NCBI GenBank assembly: GCA_965249105.1
Contig: OZ252219.1
Span: 633,262 to 697,261, forward strand
Direction: 5' to 3'
Source: Vicinamibacterales bacterium
Lineage (GTDB): Bacteria > Acidobacteriota > Vicinamibacteria > Vicinamibacterales > UBA8438
Length of the DNA: 64,000 nucleotides
Below are positions 1 through 10,354 of the stretch, piece by piece. Position 1 is the first letter of the stretch; every line of letters starts with the position of its first letter. The notes below the pieces were generated by a model. The model saw nothing but the letters and a program-made list of their open reading frames with translations, had not been told where the DNA came from and made no database searches. The translations under genes and the position numbers were made by a program.

Positions 1-165
1 GATCGTCTCGCGCGCCAGGTTCGGTGGTCCGGGTTTGAGAGAGCCATGTACGACTGACCCTGTCAGTCGTCGGGTCCGCGGAGCGTCGGATTCCGGGATG
101 GATCCCGGCAAGTCCCGGAATATGCCGCTTCAAGAACTTCTCGCATCGCGGCGGCCGAGCCCACG
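1..165. repeat. Dispersed repeat segment, near-identical to 54411-54580
   Basis: GATCGTCTCG...CCAGGTTCGGTGGTCCGGG...CAAGAACTTCTCGC...GGCCGAGCCCACG is present at both positions. Confidence 0.9.
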
Positions 166-290
166 GCACTTTTCACCGGTATCCGGGTACCCTTCTTTTG
201 TTCAAGCACCCTCGCTCCTCGACCCCCTCCGGCGTGAGTCGGTTGGCAGCCGCAGGCTGCGTCTCGAAGCCGACGTTGGAGATGTTCCAG

Positions 291-406
291 GCCGCGTCCC
301 CGTAAGTCGTTGCGACCGCGAGAGTCGCATCCCGGGGGTCATCCCGGCTTATCCCGGCTTATCCCGGGATTAAAACTTTTGATCGACCTCACTTGCGCGC
401 TCCAGC
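291..406 (+). repeat. Iteron-bearing dispersed repeat, copy 1
   Basis: GTAAGTCGTTGCGACCGCGAGAGTCGC + 4x ATCCCGG-like units + TAAAACTTTTGATCGAC; shares a distal extension (CTCAC..GCGCGCTCCAGC) with copy 2. Confidence 0.9.
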
Positions 407-504
407 GTGGTCCCTCGAAACCGGCTTGCAGGAGCAGGTTTCAAACCACCTCAAGCTGCTGTCGTCAAGAGCGATGGTGGTGAGCGTTGAGGAAAAGGCC
501 GGAC

Positions 505-700
505 GCGATCCGGTCATCGTCCGCATGCGGTACCATCAGCCGACCGTCGACTACGTGGCTCGCCGCACGGCAAACGGGCGGACGAAGCGCGATATCATTC
601 GGTGTCTCAAACGCTTCCTCGCCCAGCGCGTGATGACCGACTTCCGCGCTCGCGAAAACGTCACACAGTCTAGAACTTTGTCTTGACATATAGGGGCGTC
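505..700 (+). pseudogene. IS110-family transposase C-terminal fragment and probable right end
   Basis: IVRMRYHQPTVDYVARRTANGRTKRDIIRCLKRF resembles IS110 C-termini; followed by CTTGACATATAGGGGCGTC, resembling IS110 ends. Confidence 0.7.
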
Positions 701-770
701 AATGCCGGCGACCAGGCAGAACCTATCTCCGCACCAGACGCACAGGGGACTTGCCGACTCGCTCACCTAT

Positions 771-1918
771 TGTGTGAGGTCAAACCATTGTGGACCGTTT
801 GAAGGTGTGAGATAAGAGAGACTTTGTTGCCTGGGGAGGAGGTCCCCATGAGCCAAGCAAAGTCAGCAGAGAAGGTTGTTCAGGACATCCGACGCAAGAC
901 GCGACGCCAGTTTTCCGCCGAAGAGAAGATCCGGATTGTCCTCGAGGGGATGCGGGGCGAGGAAAGCATCGCGGCGCTGTGTCGCCGCGAAGGCCTGAAC
1001 TCGAATCTCTACTACCGCTGGAGCAAAGAGTTTCTCGAAGCCGGCAAGAAGCGGCTCGTCGGGGACACGACTCGGGAGGCGACGTCGACGGAAGTCACGG
1101 ACCTTCGACAAGAGAATGGCCGCCTCAAGCACGTCGTGGCCGAGCTCGTGCTGGAGAATCGGCTACTCAAAAAAAGTGTAACGGCTTCCGACTCGGAGGG
1201 CGGTACGTGAGACGGACCGCGACCGAGAAGTACGCGATCATCCGGCTCGTCGAAGGCTCGGATCTGTCCGTGCGGCACACCTTGCGAGAACTCCAGGTGA
1301 ATCGGTCGACGTTCTACGCATGGTATCGCCGGTACACCGAGCGCGGCCGGGCGGGGCTCCACCCGAAGCCGTCGGCCGCGCGCCGCTACTGGAACCGGAT
1401 TCCGCCGCGGGTGCGCCAGCGGGTCGTCACGGCCGCGCTGGCGGATCCGGAGCGGTCGCCGCGGGAGCTGGCGTGGCAGCTGACGGACCGGGAGGGCCAT
1501 TTTCTCTCGGAATCGAGTGTCTATCGCATTCTCAAGACGTACGACCTCATCCCCAGTCCGGCCTTCATCGTGCTCTCGGCAGCGAAGACCTTTTCGCATC
1601 CGACGCATCGGCCGAATGAGCTCTGGCAGACCGACTTCACCTACCTCCAGGTCGTGGGCTGGGGGTGGTACTACCTCTCGACCGTCCTTGATGATTTCTC
1701 GCGCTACATCGTGGCCTGGACGTTGCGGACGTCGATGCAGGCCTCGGACGTGACCGAGACACTCGACCTGGCTCGGGCGAAGACCGGCGTCGACCAGGTG
1801 CGCGTGGTGCATCGGCCGCGGCTGCTCAGTGACAACGGTCCGTGCTACGTCTCGCAGGAGCTGGCGACCTATCTGGAGACCCACGGAATCGGGCATACGC
1901 GCGGTGCGCCGTATCCCC
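771..1918 (+). mobile_element. IS3-family element, 3'-truncated (orfA ~848-1210, orfB from 1207)
   Basis: orfA HTH (RRQFSAEEKIRIVLEG), A7G motif near 1169, orfB rve core (WQTDFTY...SDNG) breaking off at GAPYPQ before the catalytic Glu. Confidence 0.85.
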
Positions 1919-2004
1919 AAGGCGGCCCTCGGCGATCTAGCCGGCTGGGAACAAATATGGTACAAAACCCAGCGCCACCCTGACCAATCTCAGGAGATCC
2001 GACC

Positions 2005-4194
2005 ATGCCATTCACTTTTCGCCGTGTGTCCACATCGACGCTCGCCGTCGCTGCGACTCTGACGGGTGTCGGGCTAGCGTGGATCGGCACCCGGACGGCG
2101 GCTCAACCCGCTGTCATGATCGACGCCGACGACATCGGTGGAGTCGTACGCAGCGCCAGCGGGCCGGAGGCAGGGGTCTGGGTCATCGCAGAAACCGATG
2201 ACCTGGCTACGAAGTACCGCAAGACCGTGGTCACGGACGATCAGGGACGGTACGTCCTGCCGGATCTCCCCGACGCCAGCTACGGCGTGTGGGTTCGCGG
2301 ATATGGCCTCGTCGATTCGAGTCCGGTCACGGGCGAACCGGGGCAAACGCTCGACTTGACCGCCTCCACGGCATCGAGCCCTCAGGAAGCGGCTCAGGTC
2401 TACCCTGCCAACTACTGGTATTCGCTCATCGAAGTACCGGGTAAAGACCAATTCCCTGGCACCGGCGCCAGAGGCAACGGCATTCCGCCGAGGATGCGAA
2501 CACAGGCGCACTACATCGATCAGCTGAAGCAGGAATGTCAACTGTGCCATCAGCTTGGCAATAAGCCGACGCGAGAGCTGGTGAACCCGGAGGACTTCGA
2601 CTCGACCAAAGACGCCTGGGAGCATCGGCTCAAGGCGGGCCAGCGTGGCGCGTACATGTTCTCGGTGTTGAACTCAGGCGGCAGGGACAGCCTCCTCAAC
2701 ACCTACGCGTCATGGACTGACCGGATCACCGCCGGTGCCGTGCCGTCTGCCCCGCCGCGGCCGTCTGGACGCGAGCGTGACGTCGTGCTCACGATGTGGG
2801 ACTGGGGTAACCAGGTGTCGTACGTCCACGACGAGGTCGCCACCGACAAACGGAATCCGCAGATCAACGCGAATGGCCCGATCTACGGCGTCGACATCGG
2901 TAACGACAAGCTGGTCATCGTCGACCCGACGACCCACCAGGCGCGCGAGCTCAAGCTCCCGGTGCGAGATACGCCAGGTGAAGGTGACTTCCGTAGTTTC
3001 TTCCCGGACTCCCAGCCGGAACCCTCACTCTATTGGGGTGACGAACTGATGTTCAACAACCCCGGCAACCCGCACAACCCGATGATGGATGCCAAGGGCC
3101 GAGTCTGGTTCACGCATCAGATCAGAGGACCGGGGAATCCTGACTGGTGCCGTGAGGGGTCGGACAATCCGTTCGCCAAGCACTATCCGCGCGAGCGTGC
3201 CCCGCGACACGTGGCGTATTTCGATCCCGAGACTGAAGAGGTCGAGCTGATCGATACCTGCTTCAACACACATCACCTGCAGTTCGGGTCCGACGACGAC
3301 GACATGCTCTATCTGAACTCGGTGAACAACGTCATCGGCTGGATCAACACACGGGTCTACGACGAGACAGGCGATGCCGAACAGGCGCAAGGGTGGTGTC
3401 CCGCCGTCGTGGACACGAACGGGGACGGCAAGATCACCGACTGGGTCGGGCTGAACGAAGAGTTCGATCCGACGAGAGATACTCAGCTCGGGGACTGGTG
3501 GTATGGCATCATCCCGGATCCCACCGCCGAGAGGGTCGTGTGGGCCGCGAACGGCGGCGTGCCCGGATCGATCATCCGGATGTCACTCGGAGACAACCCT
3601 CCCGAAACCTGCAGGACGGAGTACTACGAGCCGCCGTTCGAGAATCCGAAGGCGTCGATCCAGGGCTACTCGCCGCGAGGCATCGATATCACCACCGACG
3701 GGATCGTCTGGACCGCGCTGTCCGGCAGCGGCCACATGGCGAAATTCGACCGCAGCAAGTGCGCCGTCGTCGACGGCCCGACCGCGACCGGCCAGCACTG
3801 TCCGGAGGGATGGACGCTGTGGGCGACCCCGGGCCCACAGATGGCGGGGGTCGATGACCACGGGAGCGCCGACTTCCACTACTACAACTGGGTGGACCAG
3901 TTCGACACGCTTGGGCTCGGACCGAACGTTCCGATTGCGACCGGGTCGACGTCAGACTCGTTGCTCGCCTTCCTTCCAAACGAGGAAGAGTACGTCGTGA
4001 TGCGTGTTCCGTACCCGCTCGGGTTCTATTCGAGGGGTCTCGACGGGCGGATCGACGATCCGGACGCCGGGTGGAAGGGCCGAGGTGTATGGGCCGACTA
4101 CGGGTCCGCCGCTATTTGGCACATCGAGGGTGGTAAAGGAGCCAAGGGGAGCCTCGTCAAGTTCCAGGTGAGGCCGGACCCGTTGGCACACTAG
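2005..4194 (+). CDS. Secreted protein with carboxypeptidase-regulatory-like domain, one CxxCH motif and a probable beta-propeller
   Basis: 729 aa; signal peptide; DIGGVVRSASGPEAGVWVIAET...TDDQGRYVLPDLP; CQLCH. Confidence 0.8.
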   Translation: MPFTFRRVSTSTLAVAATLTGVGLAWIGTRTAAQPAVMIDADDIGGVVRSASGPEAGVWVIAETDDLATKYRKTVVTDDQGRYVLPDLPDASYGVWVRGYGLVDSSPVTGEPGQTLDLTASTASSPQEAAQVYPANYWYSLIEVPGKDQFPGTGARGNGIPPRMRTQAHYIDQLKQECQLCHQLGNKPTRELVNPEDFDSTKDAWEHRLKAGQRGAYMFSVLNSGGRDSLLNTYASWTDRITAGAVPSAPPRPSGRERDVVLTMWDWGNQVSYVHDEVATDKRNPQINANGPIYGVDIGNDKLVIVDPTTHQARELKLPVRDTPGEGDFRSFFPDSQPEPSLYWGDELMFNNPGNPHNPMMDAKGRVWFTHQIRGPGNPDWCREGSDNPFAKHYPRERAPRHVAYFDPETEEVELIDTCFNTHHLQFGSDDDDMLYLNSVNNVIGWINTRVYDETGDAEQAQGWCPAVVDTNGDGKITDWVGLNEEFDPTRDTQLGDWWYGIIPDPTAERVVWAANGGVPGSIIRMSLGDNPPETCRTEYYEPPFENPKASIQGYSPRGIDITTDGIVWTALSGSGHMAKFDRSKCAVVDGPTATGQHCPEGWTLWATPGPQMAGVDDHGSADFHYYNWVDQFDTLGLGPNVPIATGSTSDSLLAFLPNEEEYVVMRVPYPLGFYSRGLDGRIDDPDAGWKGRGVWADYGSAAIWHIEGGKGAKGSLVKFQVRPDPLAH

Positions 4195-4195
4195 G

Positions 4196-5232
4196 TGTCT
4201 TTGCTAAGTACGTTGTTCATCCGGAGCACTCTGGCAAGAATGGTGTTGCGAAACAACCGTTCCCAACAGAGGAGGCCCCGGATGAGGATTCATCGTAATG
4301 CCAAGACGACTCCCGCTGCACGCGCGGTTCTGGTGCAGCGCGTGCTCCAGGAGCGGTGGACGTATGCTGAGACCGCGGCGGCCTTCGCCGTGAGCGAGCG
4401 GACCGTGGCCAAGTGGGTCCGGCGCTTTCGGACCGGCGGCCGGCGGGCCCTGGAAGATGGCTCGTCGCGGCCGGGGCCGGCGCCCCATCAAACGCCCGCG
4501 CACGTGGTCGCGCGGATGCGGCAGCTGCGCGTGGAGCAGGGGTGGCCCGCCTGGGCGATTGCCCGGGCCGTGGGGTGCCCCCGGTCCACGACAAGCGTCT
4601 GGTTGCGCCGGTTGGGGATCAGCCGGCCGCCGAAGGTCCCCGCGCCCCCGGTCCAGCGCTACGAGTGGCCGCACCCCGGCGACTTGCTGCACGTCGAGAT
4701 CAAGCCCCTGGCCCGGATTCAGGGGATCGGCCATCGGATCCACGGCGACCGGCGGCGGGGGCACCGCGGCGCCGGCTGGGAGGATGTGCATGTCGCCATC
4801 GATGACCACAGTCGCCTCAGCTTCGTCGAGGTCTTGCCGGACCAGCGCGGCGAGACCTGTGCGGCCTTCTTGCACCGCAGTGTCGCCTGGTTCGCGGCGC
4901 GCCAGGTCCCCATCCGCCGGGTCATGAGTGACAACGGCAGTGGCTACGTCTCCCGCCGGTTCCGCGCGGCGTGTCACGCCCTCGAGCTCCGCCATCTCCG
5001 GACGCGGCCCTACACCCCGCGGACCAATGGTAAAGCGGAGCGGTTCATCCAAACGCTCCTGCGCGAGTGGGCCTACGTGACTGCCTATCCGTCCTCGCAG
5101 GTCCGGCGCCGGCGACTCCGCTCATACCTGCGTTACTACCATCAGCGGCGACCGCACGCGAGTCTCGACTATCTCGCGCCCTCGTCCCGCATTTCGAGTG
5201 CTGCGTGATGAACAACGTACTTGCACTTAACA
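4196..5232 (+). mobile_element. IS481-family insertion sequence; transposase 4282-5208
   Basis: MRIHRNAKTTP N-terminus; SDNG; TNGKAERFIQT; IRs AAGTACGTTGTTCATC/GATGAACAACGTACTT; 6-bp TSD ACTAGG at 4190-4195 and 5233-5238. Confidence 0.95.
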
Positions 5233-5256
5233 ACTAGGGGACGGAGACTCGGACGG

Positions 5257-6051
5257 CTAGCCCTCGGGGCGTAGCGAGAATAGATACGCCACGAGGTCGT
5301 CGAGTTGACCGGCCGCCAAGTCACTCACGGCCGGCATCGTTGACGTCTTGACGGACTCCACCGACTGGACCTGACTCTTCACGAAGTGCCAGAGGTCCTC
5401 ATTGGTGTCCAGAAGCCGGACCGTAAAGGTATCTTCGTCCATTCGCAGACCCTCGACGACCGAGCCATCCGCGCGCGTCACCCGCACCGTCCACCATCGG
5501 GGCACGACTGTTTCGTCCGGATCGGTAAGCGAACTGCGGATCTTTCCCGGGTCGAGGCGGGTGCCAAGGGTCGTCAGATCAGGACCGAATCGGCCGCCTT
5601 CGCCTTGCAACCGATGACAGCGGGCACACTCGCGGTCGGCATAGACTCGTTGCCCCCGGGTGACGTCACCCGACAGCTCGTAGTCCGAGGGATCCACGCT
5701 GAACGAGTTGAGGTAGGTGACAATCTGCCAGACCATTTGATCGGACGCCCGCCGATTGATCCCGGTCATGGCGGTCCCAGGTATTCCCTCGCGAATCACC
5801 GCAAACAGTTCCGGGTCGGTGTTGGCGTCGAGGGGGACGGTGAGGTCGGGAGCCCCGGTCTCCTGGCCGCCGCGGGCGTCGCGGCCATGACAACGTCCGC
5901 ATTGTGCACGAAAGGTGTTCTGGCCCATTAGCTCGTCGACAGCGGCGGTGTACGGGTTCTCTTGCGCGGCGACGGAGCAGGCGAAGCCGGGTGCGACGAG
6001 CGCGGCGACCAGCGCGACCAGTACGAAGCCAACTCTCGGAGTTTTTCGCAT
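5257..6051 (-). CDS. Diheme c-type cytochrome
   Basis: Signal peptide; CGRCH and CARCH; GPDLT and C-terminal STMP motifs. Confidence 0.85.
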   Translation of the reverse strand: MRKTPRVGFVLVALVAALVAPGFACSVAAQENPYTAAVDELMGQNTFRAQCGRCHGRDARGGQETGAPDLTVPLDANTDPELFAVIREGIPGTAMTGINRRASDQMVWQIVTYLNSFSVDPSDYELSGDVTRGQRVYADRECARCHRLQGEGGRFGPDLTTLGTRLDPGKIRSSLTDPDETVVPRWWTVRVTRADGSVVEGLRMDEDTFTVRLLDTNEDLWHFVKSQVQSVESVKTSTMPAVSDLAAGQLDDLVAYLFSLRPEG

Positions 6052-6130
6052 CGTGGAACGTCCCTCGGCAAACAGACCGGAGCTATCATAGTCGACGCGT
6101 ATAATCTTCTTCCACATTGGAGACAGGCTC

Positions 6131-7786
6131 ATGACGCAGACTCGACGGATCGCGGTCGTCCTAATAGCCGGGGTTTTCGCTCTGGGCTCGCTCACCTCGG
6201 TCGTCCACGCGCAGCCAACTGCCGACGCCACGGTCGTGCCGGCGTTCAGCCCGGTCACCGCGGAACGTCTCGTCAACGCCCAGGCCGAGCCCCACAACTG
6301 GCTCATGTACTCCGGGAACTACTATGCCCAGCGTTACAGCGGTCTTGACCAGATCGATCGCCAGAACGTCGCCGGTCTCGAGATTGCCTGGGTTCGCCAG
6401 CTTCACGTGCTCGACCTCGCCCAGACGACCCCCTTGGTCGTCGACGGCGTTATGTTCATCACTGAATCGCCAAGCACCGTGATCGCGGTCGACGCCGGCT
6501 CGGGACGACCGTACTGGCGTTACGAGCATCAGCTCCCGGACGACATGGTCTATTGTTGCGGACGCAACAACCGCGGCGTCGCCGTTCAAGGCGACACCGT
6601 GCTCATGGGCACTCTGGACGCGCATCTCGTCGCCCTCGACGCCAAGACCGGAGATGTCTTGTGGGAGACCGAGGTGCACGAGACGTCGTCTGGATACAGC
6701 AAGACAGCGGCTCCACTGGTGGTGGGCGACAAGGTCTTCACCGGCGTGGCCGGCGGCGAATACGGCATCCGGGGAACGATCGACGCGTACAACTTGCATA
6801 CTGGAGCGCGCGAGTGGCGCTTCTTCACGACGCCGGGACCGGACAACCCCGACGTGCAATCGTGGTCGGGGGAGTCGTGGCGCACCGGTGGTGCGGCGAC
6901 TTGGATGACCGGGTCGTACGACCCCGAGCTCAACCTTCTTTATTGGGGCACTGGTAACCCTGGGCCGGATTACGACGGGACCGTGCGGGAGGGCGACAAC
7001 CTGTATTCGGATTCAGTGGTCGCACTCGACGCGGACAGCGGCGAGATGCGGTGGTACTTCCAGTTCACACCGCACGACATCCACGACTGGGACTCGACGC
7101 AGATTCCAATCCTGGCGAACACGACCGTCGGCGGCGAGGAGCGCAAGGTCATGCTCTTTCCCAACCGGAACGCGTTCTTTTACGTCCTCGACCGTGAGAC
7201 CGGTGAGTTCCTGCTCGGGAAGCCGTACGCGAAGCAAACCTGGGCCGAAGGACTCGATGAGAATGGACGTCCGATCTTGTTGCCGGGCAAGGAGCCAACT
7301 CCCGAGGGCACGGTCGTGTCGCCCGCTATCATTGGCAGCTCGAATTGGTGGTCCCCTTCGTATAGCCCGCGGACCGATCTCGTCTACGTGACGAGTCTGG
7401 ATGGCGAAACGAAGTACTTCATCCGACCGGTCGAATACGAAGAAGGACAGAGCTATCGGGCCGGCGGGGGCGAAACGCCCGAGCCAATGGAGAACTACCA
7501 TCGCGCCGTGCGCGCGATCTCTCCGCAGACCGGAGACATCGAGTGGGAGTTCCCGGTTGACCCGCGCACGACATCCGGGCTCATGTCCACGGCCGGAGAC
7601 CTCGTCTTTGGTGGCACGGCGGACGGATTCTTCTTTGCGCTCGACGCGGAGACCGGCGAACAGCTCTGGAACAAGAGCCTTGGCGGACGCGTGCACGCCG
7701 GACCGATGGGGTACGCCGTGAGCGGCCGGCAATATGTCGTGATCGCCGCCGGCAACGCCATCTTCGCGTTCGCACTCCCTGAGTGA
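6131..7786 (+). CDS. PQQ-dependent dehydrogenase, methanol/ethanol family
   Basis: Vicinal Cys (YCCG), GGEYG, WGTGNP, PHDIHDWD, Trp-docking repeats, signal peptide. Confidence 0.93.
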   Translation: MTQTRRIAVVLIAGVFALGSLTSVVHAQPTADATVVPAFSPVTAERLVNAQAEPHNWLMYSGNYYAQRYSGLDQIDRQNVAGLEIAWVRQLHVLDLAQTTPLVVDGVMFITESPSTVIAVDAGSGRPYWRYEHQLPDDMVYCCGRNNRGVAVQGDTVLMGTLDAHLVALDAKTGDVLWETEVHETSSGYSKTAAPLVVGDKVFTGVAGGEYGIRGTIDAYNLHTGAREWRFFTTPGPDNPDVQSWSGESWRTGGAATWMTGSYDPELNLLYWGTGNPGPDYDGTVREGDNLYSDSVVALDADSGEMRWYFQFTPHDIHDWDSTQIPILANTTVGGEERKVMLFPNRNAFFYVLDRETGEFLLGKPYAKQTWAEGLDENGRPILLPGKEPTPEGTVVSPAIIGSSNWWSPSYSPRTDLVYVTSLDGETKYFIRPVEYEEGQSYRAGGGETPEPMENYHRAVRAISPQTGDIEWEFPVDPRTTSGLMSTAGDLVFGGTADGFFFALDAETGEQLWNKSLGGRVHAGPMGYAVSGRQYVVIAAGNAIFAFALPE

Positions 7787-7929
7787 CCCCGACGGGTGCA
7801 AATGCTTGGCTGAGGGGCGGAGTTAGTGCAGTGCCCTCGGCCACGTGTCGTCTCCCTTCGGACGGTTGTTCTTGGCAAACTCGCCCGCGGGTGTCAGTGG
7901 TGGGAAACGTCCGTCTGGCGGGTCCACGA

Positions 7930-8286
7930 TCATCGACGTCCGATTTGAACTTGCGCCTCCTCTTTCGCCTGGTCTCGCTGAAGGTCGCGGGTCAGTATCT
8001 CTAGATACTCGACAACTCGACGAACCTGCTCATCGCTGAGCTCGCGCGTCGAGATCGGTGGCATCTTTCCATAGCCCTCTCGCGCGATGGCCAGAATGTA
8101 GTCGACCTCGTACGCCAGCGGCACCAGGGGTGGCGCCGCTTCCCCGCGTCCTTCGGGACCGTGACAGAATCCGCAGACCTGATTGTAGGGCTCAACACCC
8201 GGATGGTCTTGTGCGTTGGCGACTCCCGCAGCCGGCCCGAGTAGGAGCAGCCCCAACGCGCACGGTGCGATGTACCGTCGTACCAC
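7930..8286 (-). CDS. Small monoheme cytochrome c
   Basis: Signal peptide; CGFCH; distal GKMPP. Confidence 0.85.
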   Translation of the reverse strand: MVRRYIAPCALGLLLLGPAAGVANAQDHPGVEPYNQVCGFCHGPEGRGEAAPPLVPLAYEVDYILAIAREGYGKMPPISTRELSDEQVRRVVEYLEILTRDLQRDQAKEEAQVQIGRR

Positions 8287-8295
8287 CCTTCCAGC

Positions 8296-10269
8296 CTATC
8301 CTTCCGGCAGCGCAAACGCGACCAGAGACGCATCGGGGCCTGCACCCGTTGCGATGACCACGAACTGGCGTCCCTCTCGCGTGATGTAGGTTATTGGGTT
8401 GCCGCCGGTGCGGAACTCGGTCGACACCCTGGTCACCTCTCGTCCGGTCGCGGCATCGAAGGCGTAGAGATAGCGCTCCCCACCACCGACGAACACCAGC
8501 CCGCCGGCTGTCGCCATCGGTCCGTTCTGGCCGATGGTACCCAGGCGTGCCGGTAGCTCGACGTCACGAAGCAGTGGGTGGCTCCGGAGCAGCGGACTAC
8601 CCTCTCCGAACGGCACCTTCCACGCGATCTCACCACGGTTGAGATCTATGGCCACGAGATTGGCGTAAGGCGGCTTGATGAGCGGGATCGGACCAAGACG
8701 ACTGCGTGCGGCTCGCACACCGCCCGGCTGGTTGTCGAAAATGCCCGCCGACGCGCCGTAGGCGCAGTTGTTGGAGTAGTCGACGTCGACCCCAGGCAGG
8801 TCGGGGTCAGTCTCACACACCTGGTTGGTCGACACCTTCTCGGTCGACCGGACAAACAGGTAGCCAGTCCCGGGGGAGAAGGCCGCACCACCCCAGTTGG
8901 CTCCACCGGCCTCATACGGGCGCATGAGAGTTCCCCGGAGACTCGGCGGCGTGAAGATCGGGCCCAGGCGAAAGCGTTGCATCTCCTCGATAGCCAGTGC
9001 GTGAATCTCGGGCGTGAGGTCGTTGGCGTCATCAAGCGAGGTGCCCTGTCGGGCGAACGGCGGCGGCTTCGTGGGGAAGGGTTGGGTCGGATACGGCACT
9101 TCGCCCGGCACATCAGTTTCGACGTCGACTGGCCGCTCCTCGATCGGCCAAACGGGCTCGCCGGTCACGCGGTCGAAGACATAGGTAAAACCTTGCTTCG
9201 ATACTTCCGCCACGGCATCGATCGTCCGGCCGTCCACCGTGAGCGTCACGAGATTGGGTGGCGACGTGAGGTCGTAGTCCCATAGGCCGTGATGCACAGC
9301 CTGGAAGTGCCACTCGCGCTCACCGGTGCGCGCGTTCAGACAGAGGAGCGTCTCCGCGAACAGATTGGCGCCGAGCCGACGACCACCCCAGTAGTCACCG
9401 CTTGGCGTGCTCGTCGGCACATACAGAAGGCCCCGCTCGGGATCGAGGGACATCAACCCCCACACATTGGCGTGTCCGGTAAAACGCCACGACTCGTCCT
9501 CCCAGGTGTCGGCACCGAACGAGTCATTGGACTGTGGCACGGTGAAGAACACCCACCTGCGCTCGCCCGTGTGCACGTCGAACGCCTGCACGGAGCCCGG
9601 GGTGTCGAAACGGTGCTGAATGCGGTCGGGTACACGGCTCCCGACAATAACCAGGTCCTCGAAGACGACCGGCGGAGACGTCTGGTCAAACTCCTTAGGC
9701 GACACGTCGTTTGGAAACCCCTCGGTCAGCGGAACCTGACCGTCATCGCCAAACGTCTCAATGAGCGCGCCGCTCTTGGCGTCGATCGCGTAGAGCGTGT
9801 CGCGACTATTGAGGAGGATGCGCATCTCGTCACCGTCACCATGGACCGCAAGGCCGCGGTGCACCCATAGAGATGCCCCGCCGCCCTCGTACCCCTCGTA
9901 CGCCCGCGGATCGAACGCCCAGAGCTCTTCCCCGGTTCCTGCATCCAAGGCGACCACACGCGTGTACATCGTGGAGACATACAGGATGTTGTCGATCATG
10001 AGCGGGGTCGCCTGGAAGCTCCCGGGCCGGGTGCGGTACTCCTGGAGTGGCAGCTCGCTCGGTTCCCATTCCCAGGCGATCTCGAGTTGGTCGACGTTCT
10101 CCGGCGTGACCTGCGCGGCGGTTGAGAATTTGGTGTGGGCCTGGTCGGCTCCAACGAAGGGCCACTCGACCGTGACGCTCTCCTGAGTCTGCGCTCGCGC
10201 ACCCAGGAAAACCGCGGAGGCGACGGCCGCTGCTGAAACACACACCCGACAAACGCTGCGCCCGTTCAT
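8296..10269 (-). CDS. PQQ-dependent dehydrogenase, glucose/quinate family (soluble form)
   Basis: FQATPL, HHGLWDYD, TGEPVWPIEERPV, PTQPFP, KPPY motifs. Confidence 0.9.
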   Translation of the reverse strand: MNGRSVCRVCVSAAAVASAVFLGARAQTQESVTVEWPFVGADQAHTKFSTAAQVTPENVDQLEIAWEWEPSELPLQEYRTRPGSFQATPLMIDNILYVSTMYTRVVALDAGTGEELWAFDPRAYEGYEGGGASLWVHRGLAVHGDGDEMRILLNSRDTLYAIDAKSGALIETFGDDGQVPLTEGFPNDVSPKEFDQTSPPVVFEDLVIVGSRVPDRIQHRFDTPGSVQAFDVHTGERRWVFFTVPQSNDSFGADTWEDESWRFTGHANVWGLMSLDPERGLLYVPTSTPSGDYWGGRRLGANLFAETLLCLNARTGEREWHFQAVHHGLWDYDLTSPPNLVTLTVDGRTIDAVAEVSKQGFTYVFDRVTGEPVWPIEERPVDVETDVPGEVPYPTQPFPTKPPPFARQGTSLDDANDLTPEIHALAIEEMQRFRLGPIFTPPSLRGTLMRPYEAGGANWGGAAFSPGTGYLFVRSTEKVSTNQVCETDPDLPGVDVDYSNNCAYGASAGIFDNQPGGVRAARSRLGPIPLIKPPYANLVAIDLNRGEIAWKVPFGEGSPLLRSHPLLRDVELPARLGTIGQNGPMATAGGLVFVGGGERYLYAFDAATGREVTRVSTEFRTGGNPITYITREGRQFVVIATGAGPDASLVAFALPEG

Positions 10270-10354
10270 CACGTCCGGAAGGGTACTCGAAGTCGTTACT
10301 ATAGGCAGTCCTACGTTGTGAGACAATTCCGGCGGTAGAGATAGGAGAGTCCAG

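Noticed and set aside
35-373. Recurring peptide ESRIPG...IPAYPGLK as a small protein family
   Set aside because: It is only a translation of the DNA repeat; starts and frames are inconsistent between copies.
505-770. Functional IS110 bridge-RNA system
   Set aside because: Only a short C-terminal remnant survives, and no bridge RNA can be supported by eye.
8296-10269. Lanthanide dependence from WDYD (also in 31007-32974)
   Set aside because: WDYD-like motifs are normal in the glucose/quinate PQQ family and are not diagnostic there.
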